Assembly (NCBI GenBank): GCA_018712345.1
Contig: DVHG01000011.1
Location: 2,209 to 66,208 of the forward strand
Reading direction: 5' to 3'
Length of the DNA stretch: 64,000 nucleotides
Source: Candidatus Onthovicinus excrementipullorum
GTDB lineage: Bacteria > Bacillota > Clostridia > Oscillospirales > Acutalibacteraceae
The notes beneath the pieces are model-generated. The model was given only the letters and a program-made list of their open reading frames with translations. It ran no database searches and was not told the DNA's origin. The translations under genes and the position numbers were made by a program. The first letter of the stretch is position 1; every line of letters begins with the position of its first letter. This document shows positions 55,290 to 63,776 of the stretch, piece after piece.

Positions 55290-55529
55290 ATGACGATTGA
55301 GGTTTGTATCGGCAGTGCCTGCCACCTGCGCGGCTCCCATGAGGTGATTTCCGCGCTTAAGCACCTGATCTCCGACAACGGCCTGGAGGATCGGGTGGAG
55401 CTCAAGGCGGTCTTCTGCATGGGAAAGTGTTCTGACGGCGTGTCCGTCCGCGTGGATGGATCCCAGATCTATTCCCTGCATCCGCAGGATGTGGAGGGAT
55501 TTTTCCGCGAGCACTGCATGGGGGCATAA
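55290..55529 (+). CDS. Thioredoxin-like [2Fe-2S] ferredoxin-domain protein
   Basis: 79 aa with CIGSAC (Cx4C) and CMGKC (Cx3C) spacing as in NuoE/HndA-type 2Fe-2S domains. RBS AAGGAG. Confidence 0.8.
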   Translation: MTIEVCIGSACHLRGSHEVISALKHLISDNGLEDRVELKAVFCMGKCSDGVSVRVDGSQIYSLHPQDVEGFFREHCMGA

Positions 55530-55540
55530 CGCCCGCATGC

Positions 55541-55575
55541 AAAAATCCCGGTACGCAGACGTACCGGGATTTTTG
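55541..55575. terminator. Bidirectional Rho-independent terminator
   Basis: AAAAATCCCGGTACG-CAGA-CGTACCGGGATTTTT. A/T runs on both sides serve the convergent genes. Confidence 0.8.
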
Positions 55576-55609
55576 TGTATCAAAGGTCCGGATATGGCGG
55601 CACAGGGGG

Positions 55610-55741
55610 TCAGGCCATCAGCATATCCGCGGGAGTTACCGTGTTAAACAGTCCGGCGCCGATCGCCACCGCCAGGAACAGGGCGGCGATCACACCGAAA
55701 GCGATGACGGTGTGCAGGTTTTTCTTGAGAAATGCTTTCAT
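55610..55741 (-). CDS. Candidate 43-aa single-TM small protein (below the ORF-track size cutoff)
   Basis: My own translation is MKAFLKKNLHTVIAFGVIAALFLAVAIGAGLFNTVTPADMLMA. RBS AAAGGGG lies about 8 nt upstream and the terminator at 55541-55575 is downstream. Confidence 0.4.
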   Translation of the reverse strand: MKAFLKKNLHTVIAFGVIAALFLAVAIGAGLFNTVTPADMLMA

Positions 55742-55986
55742 TTGAATCGCCCCTTTGTTTTTTGATTCTGTCTTTATTATACCGGCGGAAGGTTACAAAT
55801 TAAACCGCAAAATGATTACAAAAGGATTAAGAATTCTTGCAAAACGGCGCGTTCGATTACAAATTGTAACCTTTGTACAGAGAGAAAAAAGATTCGACAA
55901 ATTTTTGCCCGGAGATACAAAAGAGAATCAGAGTATGATATACTATACTTAAACCATAGAAAATTGCCGGACGGATGTGAAAATCA

Positions 55987-56769
55987 ATGGGCCGTGAACA
56001 TCAATCCCCCCGCCCGGAGCGGACGGGGAATGACAATATGATTATCGGGCGCAATTCCGTGCTTGAGGCGCTGCGGGCGGGCACCCGGATCGATACCCTG
56101 CTGGTCGCAGCGGGGGACCGGGCGGGCAGCGTTGGGAAAATCATTGCACTCGCCAGAGAGCGCAAGATCCTCGTCAAGGATGTCAGCGCCAAAAAGCTCG
56201 ACTTTTTATGTGGCCATTCGCGCCATCAGGGCGTGATTGCCATGGCGGCTGCGTATGAATATGCACAGCTTGAGGATCTGTTCCATATTGCACAGGAGCG
56301 CGGTGAGCCGCTGTTTGCCGTGATCTGTGACGAGATTGAGGACCCGCACAACCTGGGTGCGATTATCCGTACCGCTGACGCGGCCGGGGCGCACGGCGTC
56401 ATCGTGCCGGCCCGGCGCAGCGCGCCGCTCTCCTTTACGGTTAACAAGGCCTCAGCCGGGGCGCTCAGCCATGTGCCGATCGTCCGGGTGACCAATCTGG
56501 TCAGCGCTATGGAGGAGCTCCGGGCACGCGGCGTATTCCTGTACGGCGCGGATATGGGCGGCACGGACTACACACAGGTGGATTTTGGCGGGGCGGTGGG
56601 CCTTGTCATCGGCTCGGAGGGCGCCGGGATCGGGCGCCTCGTCCGCGAAAAGTGCGATTTTATCGTCAGCCTGCCCATGAAAGGGAAAATTTCCTCCCTG
56701 AACGCCTCAGTGGCGGCGGGGATTTTGATGTATGAGGTCAGCCGGACGCGCTCTACGCGCGGGCAGTGA
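55987..56769 (+). CDS. rlmB: 23S rRNA (guanosine-2'-O-)-methyltransferase RlmB (SpoU/TrmH family)
   Basis: GRNSVLEAL N-terminal domain and SpoU blocks (DEIEDPHNLGAIIRTA, GSEGAGI, SLNASVAAGI). The start could instead be the internal ATG at 56038. Confidence 0.88.
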   Translation: MGREHQSPRPERTGNDNMIIGRNSVLEALRAGTRIDTLLVAAGDRAGSVGKIIALARERKILVKDVSAKKLDFLCGHSRHQGVIAMAAAYEYAQLEDLFHIAQERGEPLFAVICDEIEDPHNLGAIIRTADAAGAHGVIVPARRSAPLSFTVNKASAGALSHVPIVRVTNLVSAMEELRARGVFLYGADMGGTDYTQVDFGGAVGLVIGSEGAGIGRLVREKCDFIVSLPMKGKISSLNASVAAGILMYEVSRTRSTRGQ

Positions 56770-56790
56770 GCAATCCGGGAGGTGTTCGTG

Positions 56791-59313
56791 ATGGGAAAAG
56801 ATTTTAAGCCGGAAGAATTTTCCGTTGATGATATCCTGATGGAGAATCGCGCGGAGCATGGCCGGGAGAGCGGCCGCAAGTGGAGTATGGAGGATATTGA
56901 CGCCCTGCTCGCGGATGAGCCGAGCTCCCTGCTGGAGGACGTGGCCCTGGAACATACGGGGGACAGTCTGTTCCGCACCGGGGAGGAACTGCCCCCTGTC
57001 AATGAAATGCAGGAGCAATCCCCCGCGCCGGAAAAGCAGGAGACCCCTGCGGGACAGGCGCACATTTTTGCCCGTTCCACCCGCGCGGAGAAAAACGAGG
57101 GCGAGGTCCCGGTCATCCGCAGGGACAGTGAACTGGACACGATTAAGACAGCGGATGTCCAGGTGCGCATGGAGCAGGCGGCAGAGGAGCCGACGCGCTT
57201 TTTTCATAAAATTACAGACGAAGATCTCCGGCGTGGCGGAAGACGGGCCGTGGACAGCCCTGGCTTCATCCGGCGCAAGAGCGGCCTGCACGCCACGGCA
57301 GATCTCTCCCCGCTGCCCATGATCGTAGCGGCAGATGCCGGAATTGATCCTCCCAAAAAGGAACATCCCCCCACGGCGCCGGAGGACAGCATTGAGGGGC
57401 AGATGTTCTTCAGCGACTTTATGCAGGATGAAGAGCCTGTGGAGCAGATCGACGAGCACCGCGCGGAGTTGGAGCTCCGGCAGAAGCGGCGTGACCGCAT
57501 TAAAAATTTTAAACTCAACGAGGAATTCCGGGACAGCGAGGAGTTCGGCGAGCCCCTCCCGCCAGACGAGGAGACTGGGGAGCACAGGGGCGATTACGAC
57601 GATGTGTCCGATGCGGACGGCATTGCGGAACGCCTGCGCAGGGACCGGCGGGCGTCTGTGGTGCGCAGCGTGGTCACGGGCGTGGCCGGTGTGCTGGCGG
57701 CGGGCGTCGCCGTGGCCGAGCAGATCCGCGCCGCCGCTGGGAACGACCTGTTTTTCCCGGGCGGAAAGACGGGCCTGCTGGCGATGAACGCGGTGGTACT
57801 GCTGCTGTGTGTGATCGTGGGGTTCCCGCTGCTTGTCCGGGGGTTCAAGGGCCTGTTCCGCCTGAAGCCCAACGCGGATACGCCGGTGGCGCTCGCGTGT
57901 GCCGCCGTGCTGATTCAAATCATCGCCCTGTTTTTCTATGACGATATCAATCTGGGCGGGATGACGGTATTCGCGGGCCTCGCGGGGATTGAGCTGGCGC
58001 TCGGCTTCGCGGGCAAGGCGGTGCTGCTCGGGCGGATCGAGCGGAACTTTGCATTCTGCTCCTCCGGGGAGACGCTCTATTCCATCAATTCCATTGAGGA
58101 CGAGGCGGATGCGGAGGAGATCGGACGCGGCCTGCTGATGGGAGCTCCGGAGATCAAGTACTCCGCACGCGCTAAATTTCCGGCTGCCTTTTTTGAACTG
58201 TCCCTGAAGGGGGATCCCGCAGACCGGACGGGGCGTTTTACTACGCTGATTGTCCTGGCCGCAGGTGTCATCGCAGCGGTTGCAGGCGGTTTGCTGGGGG
58301 ATTCTGTCTATTATGCGTTTACGGCGCTGGCCGCGGCCATGTGTGCTGCCGCCCCGGCTGCGGCGCTGCTGGCAACAAACCTGCCCATGGCACGCCTGGG
58401 CAGGCGCTGCCTGACGGATGGGGCGATGATCTCCGGTTTCCCGGCCGTGGCGGACTGTGAACACGCCAACGCCGTGGTGTTTGATTCCTCGGATATTTTT
58501 GCGCGCGGCGGCTGCAATATTCACGGGATTAAGACGTACCACAACATGCGCATTGATGAGGCCATTCTCCACACGGCGGCCCTGGTGATCGAGGCGGGCG
58601 GCCCATGCGGGGAGATCTTTGACCGCGTGATCGAGGGGCGGCGCGACCTGCTGCCGGAGGTGGAGGACCTGCGCTATGAGGACCGGCTCGGCCTTTCCGC
58701 ATGGGTGGCCGGCCGGAGGGTGATCGTGGGCAATCGGGAGATGCTTCTGCACCATAACATTGAGACGCCGCCCGCCGAGAGCGAAAAGAAATACCGCCAT
58801 GACGGGCGTCAGGTGATGTACCTCTCCGTCTCCGGAAAGCTGGCGGCCATGTTCGTCGTGAGCTATATGGTCCACGAGGATATCGCCGCGCGGCTGCGGG
58901 AGATCCTCTCCTCCGGGGTGACGGTGCTGATCCGCACCATGGATGCGAATATTACGGACGAGCTGGTGGAGGACATCTTTGGCCTGGAGCCCAACAGTGT
59001 AAAAATTATGAATTCCAAGGCCGCCGCCGTTTACAAGCGGTACCATGACCGTGTCAAGGGGAAGGCTCCGGCCTACATCTTGCACGATGGGCGGCTCAAC
59101 TCCTTCCTGCTGGCACTGTCCGGCGCACTGGGGATGAATGGGCGCCTGGCCGTGATGACGATGGTTCAGAAAATTGCGTGTGCCGCGGGTGCGGCAGTCA
59201 TACTGCTGATGGTGCTGCTCTCCGCGTTTGCGCAGATTGGCATGTGGCAGATCCTTCTGTTACAGGCGCTGTGGACAGCCGCCACGCTTTTCCTGGGCAG
59301 CAGGCGCGTTTGA
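56791..59313 (+). CDS. P1B-type ATPase homologue with all catalytic signatures substituted (pseudo-ATPase) and an acidic N-terminal extension
   Basis: Collinear with heavy-metal P-type ATPases, but DKTGT is DSSDI (VVFDSSDIF), CPC is CAA (MCAAAP), TGDN is TMDAN and GDGxND is HDGRLN. The actuator region is shortened. About 280 aa of Asp/Glu-rich N-terminus. The ATG at 56791 follows RBS GGGAGG. Confidence 0.75.
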   Translation: MGKDFKPEEFSVDDILMENRAEHGRESGRKWSMEDIDALLADEPSSLLEDVALEHTGDSLFRTGEELPPVNEMQEQSPAPEKQETPAGQAHIFARSTRAEKNEGEVPVIRRDSELDTIKTADVQVRMEQAAEEPTRFFHKITDEDLRRGGRRAVDSPGFIRRKSGLHATADLSPLPMIVAADAGIDPPKKEHPPTAPEDSIEGQMFFSDFMQDEEPVEQIDEHRAELELRQKRRDRIKNFKLNEEFRDSEEFGEPLPPDEETGEHRGDYDDVSDADGIAERLRRDRRASVVRSVVTGVAGVLAAGVAVAEQIRAAAGNDLFFPGGKTGLLAMNAVVLLLCVIVGFPLLVRGFKGLFRLKPNADTPVALACAAVLIQIIALFFYDDINLGGMTVFAGLAGIELALGFAGKAVLLGRIERNFAFCSSGETLYSINSIEDEADAEEIGRGLLMGAPEIKYSARAKFPAAFFELSLKGDPADRTGRFTTLIVLAAGVIAAVAGGLLGDSVYYAFTALAAAMCAAAPAAALLATNLPMARLGRRCLTDGAMISGFPAVADCEHANAVVFDSSDIFARGGCNIHGIKTYHNMRIDEAILHTAALVIEAGGPCGEIFDRVIEGRRDLLPEVEDLRYEDRLGLSAWVAGRRVIVGNREMLLHHNIETPPAESEKKYRHDGRQVMYLSVSGKLAAMFVVSYMVHEDIAARLREILSSGVTVLIRTMDANITDELVEDIFGLEPNSVKIMNSKAAAVYKRYHDRVKGKAPAYILHDGRLNSFLLALSGALGMNGRLAVMTMVQKIACAAGAAVILLMVLLSAFAQIGMWQILLLQALWTAATLFLGSRRV

Positions 59314-59511
59314 GAAAGAGCGGGGAAGCTGCCTCTGATCGATTGAGGGCGCAAATACAGGCCGCTTTTGGTGCTTATAGACAAAACAATGCCTGTTTGT
59401 TCCGGCTAATTCTCAGCGGAAAAGTGGCGAAATCTATTTAAAAATGTCGGGAAATGGGTTAAAATAGAATTGAGACAATTATATGCGCGTATTTGAGGAA
59501 GGAGATTTATT

Positions 59512-60702
59512 ATGCCCGATATGATCAAAGAGTTTATGACGATCCCCGTGGGGCCGCTGGGTATCATCGCCCTGCCCGGCTGTGAGGAACTGGCCAGGAA
59601 GATTGACCGCTACATCGTGGACTGGCGGGAGAAGCGCGACAGCGAGCACAAGAACACGATCGCCTTCTCCGGATACCAGAAGGAGTCCTACATCATCAAC
59701 GCCAACTTCCCGCGTTTCGGTACCGGGGAGGCCAAGGCCGTCATCACTCAGACAATCCGCGGGTATGACCTGTATATCGTCATTGATGCTTTCAATTACG
59801 GCTGCACCTATAAGATGTATGGGCGCGAGGTTCCCATGAGCCCGGACGATCACTTTGCCAATCTCAAGCGCGTCATCTCCGCCACCATGGGCAAGGCTCG
59901 CCGCATCACCGTTATTATGCCGATGCTATATGAGGGCCGTCAGCACCGTCGTGCGGGCCGCGAGTCCCTTGACTGTGCCATTGCGCTTCAGGAGCTGTGT
60001 AACAACATGGGCGTAGATAATATCATCACCTTTGATGCGCATGATCCCCGTGTTCAGAATTCCATCCCGCTCAACGGCTTTGAGGATGTACAGCCCGCAT
60101 ATCAGATGATCAAGGCGCTCGTCAACAATGTGCCGGATCTGAAGATTGACAAGGAGCACCTGATGGTCATTTCCCCGGATGAGGGCGGCATGGGCCGTTG
60201 CATCTATTACTCCACCGTGCTGGGCCTGGAGCTGGGCATGTTCTATAAGCGCCGCGACTTTACCCGCGTGGTCAACGGACGCAATCCCATCGTTGCCCAT
60301 GAATTCCTGGGGGACGATGTCGAGGGAAAGGATGTCATCATCGTGGATGACATGATCTCCTCCGGTGACTCCATGATCGAGGTTGCCAAAAAGCTTAAAG
60401 ATCTCAAGGCGAACAGGATCTTTATCTGCACCTGCTTCGGCCTGTTCTGCGAGGGCCTGAATACTTTCGACGAGGCGTATGAGAAAGGGCTCTTTGATCG
60501 CGTGTTTACCACCAACCTCGTCTATCGCAGCCCGGAGCTGCTTGAGCGCAAATGGTACTGTGAGGTGGACATGTCTAAGTACATCTCCTACATTATCGAT
60601 ACACTCAACCATGACATGTCCGTCAGCAAGCTGCTCAACCCATCCGATAGGATCTACGCGTTTCTGGAGCGGAAGGGCTATCATATTCAGCACAACGCGT
60701 AA
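59512..60702 (+). CDS. prs: Ribose-phosphate pyrophosphokinase family protein (long form)
   Basis: PRPP-synthetase layout with the PRPP-binding loop VIIVDDMISSGDS and the flexible-loop region. RBS GAAGGAG. Confidence 0.85.
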   Translation: MPDMIKEFMTIPVGPLGIIALPGCEELARKIDRYIVDWREKRDSEHKNTIAFSGYQKESYIINANFPRFGTGEAKAVITQTIRGYDLYIVIDAFNYGCTYKMYGREVPMSPDDHFANLKRVISATMGKARRITVIMPMLYEGRQHRRAGRESLDCAIALQELCNNMGVDNIITFDAHDPRVQNSIPLNGFEDVQPAYQMIKALVNNVPDLKIDKEHLMVISPDEGGMGRCIYYSTVLGLELGMFYKRRDFTRVVNGRNPIVAHEFLGDDVEGKDVIIVDDMISSGDSMIEVAKKLKDLKANRIFICTCFGLFCEGLNTFDEAYEKGLFDRVFTTNLVYRSPELLERKWYCEVDMSKYISYIIDTLNHDMSVSKLLNPSDRIYAFLERKGYHIQHNA

Positions 60703-60721
60703 ACAGCCTTTTAGTAAAAGC

Positions 60722-60756
60722 ATCCCCCGCCCCGGTTTCCCGGACGGGGGATTTTT
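60722..60756. terminator. Rho-independent terminator between convergent prs and feoB
   Basis: ATCCCCCG..CGGGGGAT stem followed by TTTTTG. Confidence 0.7.
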
Positions 60757-60780
60757 GTATCCGCACAGGCTGGATGACAG

Positions 60781-62871
60781 TCACAGTGCGCCAATCATAC
60801 GGGTGAGCTGGGTGATAACAAAGCAGAGCAGCAGTCCGCACGCGGCGGGCAGCGCCGCCGAAAGCAAAGCCCATTTCAGGCTGCCCGTCTCCTTTTTTAC
60901 AGTCCACAGCGTCGTGGCGCACGGGGAGTGGAACAGGCACAGGATCATCACGTTCACGGCTGTGAGCACCGTCCAGCCATTGCCGGTGAACAGGGCGCTC
61001 ATCTGAACAAGGCTGCCCGCCTCCACCATGGTGCCCGTCGAGAGGTAGCCCATCATCATGATCGGCAGGACAATTTCATTGGCCGGCAGACCGAACAGGA
61101 ACGCCGCAAAAATTACGCCGTCTACCCCAAACCACGCGGCGATGGGGTCCAGCAGGCCGGACAGCCACTCGAATATGCTGCTCCCACCGAACCGGACGTT
61201 GGCACACAGCCAGAGCACCAGCCCTGCGGGGGCGGCTACGGCCGCCGCCCGCCCGAGTACAAAGACCGTCCGGTCGAGCACAGAGCGCACGATCACGCGC
61301 CCGATCTGCGGCCGGCGGTACGGCGGCAGCTCCAGCGTGAAGGAAGAGGGGACACCGCGCAGGAGCGTCCCGGAGAGCAGGCGGGAGACGAGAAGCGTCA
61401 TCCCGATCCCGAGCAGGATCGTGCACACCAGAATCAGTGAGGATGCCGCCGCATTCAGCGGGAAGGCGAGCGTTCCGGTCAGGAACGCGGAGATCATCGT
61501 GATCAGGAAGGGAAAGCGCCCGTTGCACGGGACAAAGGCATTTGTCAGCACGGCGATCATCCGCTCACGCGGCGAATCGATGATCCGGCAACCCGTCACG
61601 CCCGCGGCGTTGCAGCCAAACCCCATGCACAGGGTCAGAGCCTGCTTGCCGCACGCACCGGCATGTTTGAACTTGCTGTCCAGATTAAAGGCAATGCGCG
61701 GCAGATATCCGGAGTCCTCCAGCAGGGTGAAAATTGGAAAGAAAATGGCCATGGGCGGCAGCATTACGGAGACCACCCAGGTGAGTGTCAGATATACGCC
61801 ATCCATCAGCGGCATCACGATCCAGTCCGGGGTGTGGATGGCCTCCAATGCGCCGCGCAGGGCCGTGCCGAGCGCGCTGAAACCATCCATCAGCCATCCG
61901 GAGGGATAGTTGGCCCCGGTGATCGTGATGAAAAAGACGATCCCCAGCAGCAGGAGCATGCACAGCGTGCCGGTGAAGCGGCCGGTCAGGATCCGGTCCA
62001 GCCGCCGGTCCCGCCGGTCCCAGTCCCGGGGAATTTCTACGCACCGTCCGGCGATCTCCGACGCCGCGCGGACAGTGGTCTGTGTCAGGATGTCCCGGAG
62101 GCGGTCATCATCGATAAAGCGGTCCCGCAGGTACTGCCGGGCGCGTTCGACCTCCTGCTTCAGATGAGCGGAGAGATCCAGATGCAGATGCTCCTCCATG
62201 CTTTCAGCCAGATCGGGGTCGCCCTCCAGCAGCTTGAGGGCCAAAAAGCGCGCATCGCCTCTTCCGCCGCTCTCCCGCTCCACAGCGGGGACCAGCATCG
62301 CGGCGGCATCCTCGATCAGCTTGGGATAGCGCACCCGCAGACAGTGGTGCGTCTGCCGGTATTTGGGCATACCGGCCACTGCGTCAATCAGCTTTGTAAG
62401 GCCGCGCCGCTCCCGGGCGCATACCGGAATGACCGGCACGCCCAGCTCCCGCTCCAGACGCTGAAAATCGACGCGGATGTGCTTTTTATCGGCCTCGTCG
62501 ATCAGATTCACGCACAGGACGATATTCTCCGTAAGCTGAGCGGTCTGGAGGAAGAGATTGAGTCCGCGCTCCAAGCAGGAGGCATCGCAGACAATCACGG
62601 TGCAGTCCGCCCCGCCAAAGAGGATGAAATCCCGCGCGACGGTCTCCTCTTCTGAGCGGGACATCAGGGAATATGTACCGGGCAGGTCAGTGATGCGGCA
62701 GGGCCTCCCGCGGGATCGGAAGCTCCCGGACGCGAGCGCAACCGTCTTGCCGGGCCAGTTCCCCGTGTGCTGATGCATGCCGGTCAGCGCGTTGAACACC
62801 GTGCTTTTCCCCACGTTGGGGTTCCCGGCAAGTGCAATGGAGAGGGTTCGTCCGCTCTCATCAGGTGCCAT
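60781..62871 (-). CDS. feoB: Ferrous iron transporter FeoB (second locus)
   Basis: Start MAPDESGRTLSIALAGNPNVGKSTVFN (G1) and DLPGTYSL. Polytopic C-terminal permease. 696 aa. Confidence 0.93.
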   Translation of the reverse strand: MAPDESGRTLSIALAGNPNVGKSTVFNALTGMHQHTGNWPGKTVALASGSFRSRGRPCRITDLPGTYSLMSRSEEETVARDFILFGGADCTVIVCDASCLERGLNLFLQTAQLTENIVLCVNLIDEADKKHIRVDFQRLERELGVPVIPVCARERRGLTKLIDAVAGMPKYRQTHHCLRVRYPKLIEDAAAMLVPAVERESGGRGDARFLALKLLEGDPDLAESMEEHLHLDLSAHLKQEVERARQYLRDRFIDDDRLRDILTQTTVRAASEIAGRCVEIPRDWDRRDRRLDRILTGRFTGTLCMLLLLGIVFFITITGANYPSGWLMDGFSALGTALRGALEAIHTPDWIVMPLMDGVYLTLTWVVSVMLPPMAIFFPIFTLLEDSGYLPRIAFNLDSKFKHAGACGKQALTLCMGFGCNAAGVTGCRIIDSPRERMIAVLTNAFVPCNGRFPFLITMISAFLTGTLAFPLNAAASSLILVCTILLGIGMTLLVSRLLSGTLLRGVPSSFTLELPPYRRPQIGRVIVRSVLDRTVFVLGRAAAVAAPAGLVLWLCANVRFGGSSIFEWLSGLLDPIAAWFGVDGVIFAAFLFGLPANEIVLPIMMMGYLSTGTMVEAGSLVQMSALFTGNGWTVLTAVNVMILCLFHSPCATTLWTVKKETGSLKWALLSAALPAACGLLLCFVITQLTRMIGAL

Positions 62872-63151
62872 GGGCCAGCACCTCCGTTTCGGTGTGTTCC
62901 GGTGTGTGGAAGCTGATGCGGATCCGCTGTGCGTCCTCACGCCGCAGGGCGATCACGGCGGAGCAGATCCGGTAGGCGGTCGGATCGCCGGAGGGGGCGC
63001 GCATCAGGCAGACGACCTCCGCCCCCGGCAGGAATCCGAGCTCCTGCAGACGGCGGCGGATATCATCCCGTGCCACTACGGAGCAGATAAATGCGTGCTG
63101 AGACGGTGCGAGTGTATCTAAAGAGATCTGAGCAATTGCAGATTCTGTCAT
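62861..63151 (-). CDS. feoA: FeoA-family protein (second locus)
   Basis: The ATG at 63151 follows RBS GGAGGAA. FeoA pattern RRRLQELGFLPGAEVVCL...ICSAVIALRREDAQRIRI. Overlaps the feoB start by 11 nt. Confidence 0.85.
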   Translation of the reverse strand: MTESAIAQISLDTLAPSQHAFICSVVARDDIRRRLQELGFLPGAEVVCLMRAPSGDPTAYRICSAVIALRREDAQRIRISFHTPEHTETEVLAHGT

Positions 63152-63283
63152 GTCGGTTCCTCCTGTGTCTGTACTGGGCCTTAATCCATCATACGGGAGG
63201 AACCGCTTTTTGACACAGGAGCCCGCGCGGCAGAGGGTACTGCGCCGTGCCTGACTGGCGGTATGAAACTTTTTGACAAAAAA

Positions 63284-63570
63284 CACGCCGGGGCAAAGCT
63301 CGCTTTGCTCCGGCGTGAGTTTACGCTGCAAAAAGGATGTCATTTGGAAATATAAACCGAAAGACCAAAGAATCTTAAACCAAAAAAGCCGCCGCAAGCG
63401 ATATGAAGCTTGCGGCGACATGAGTTTGCGCTACAAAAAAGATACCCGTCATCAGCGCGGGCAGAAAAGCTTTAAATACAGAAAACCTGCGGTGCGCGAC
63501 TTGCTCACCGCAGGTGTGGGTTTGAGCGACAAAAAAGATATCCGCCATAAACGCGGGCACAAAACTCCGG
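63284..63570 (-). repeat. Three tandem ~100-bp units, each a conserved box plus a unit-specific terminator-like hairpin (read on the minus strand)
   Basis: Hairpins at 63284-63317, 63388-63419 and 63485-63515 have unrelated stem sequences. On the minus strand each is followed by a T-run (TTTTTTG, TTTTTTGG, TTTTCTG). The conserved box (plus strand GAGTTTGCGCTACAAAAAAGATACCCGTCATCAGCGCGGGCA, 63422-63463) recurs at 63518-63559 and, truncated, at 63317-63343. Confidence 0.7.
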
Positions 63571-63776
63571 GTTGTTCAAGACAATCCGCATCGGCAACAT
63601 GATCTGCATCTCCAGAAAGCCCTTTGCGGACGACTTCCCCAAGGATACGGAGCTTTACAGGCTGCTCACCACCAAGCCCAGCGAGGTGGAAGATGAAACG
63701 ACGAACAAATAAACTTTACTATACTTTATTTGATGGAAAGAGTGTGATAGAATTGAGCTAGAAAAGAGGTGCTGTT

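Noticed and set aside
55755-55952. 65-aa plus-strand ORF in the AT-rich spacer before rlmB
   Set aside because: No RBS and Lys/Arg/Phe/Ile-rich AT-driven composition. It overlaps the palindromic motifs that look regulatory.
56707-59085. 792-aa ORF on the minus strand
   Set aside because: Antisense to the P-type-ATPase-like gene and the rlmB end. The plus-strand frame shows collinear family homology, while the minus frame is Arg/His/Gly/Pro-rich low complexity.
63273-63602. CRISPR array or coding ORFs in the tandem repeat region upstream of feoA
   Set aside because: There are only three units with ~96-104-nt periodicity. The conserved part is 42 nt and the variable part is itself a perfect hairpin followed by a T-run. 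No cas genes are present. The two overlapping ORFs (109 aa on plus, 61 aa on minus) merely translate the repeat (for example DIFFVAQTH twice).
63599-63712. 37-codon ORF (MICISRKPFADDFPKDTELYRLLTTKPSEVEDETTNK)
   Set aside because: Too short and without an RBS. It is probably the 3' remnant of a disrupted gene. Mentioned only as context for the composition boundary.
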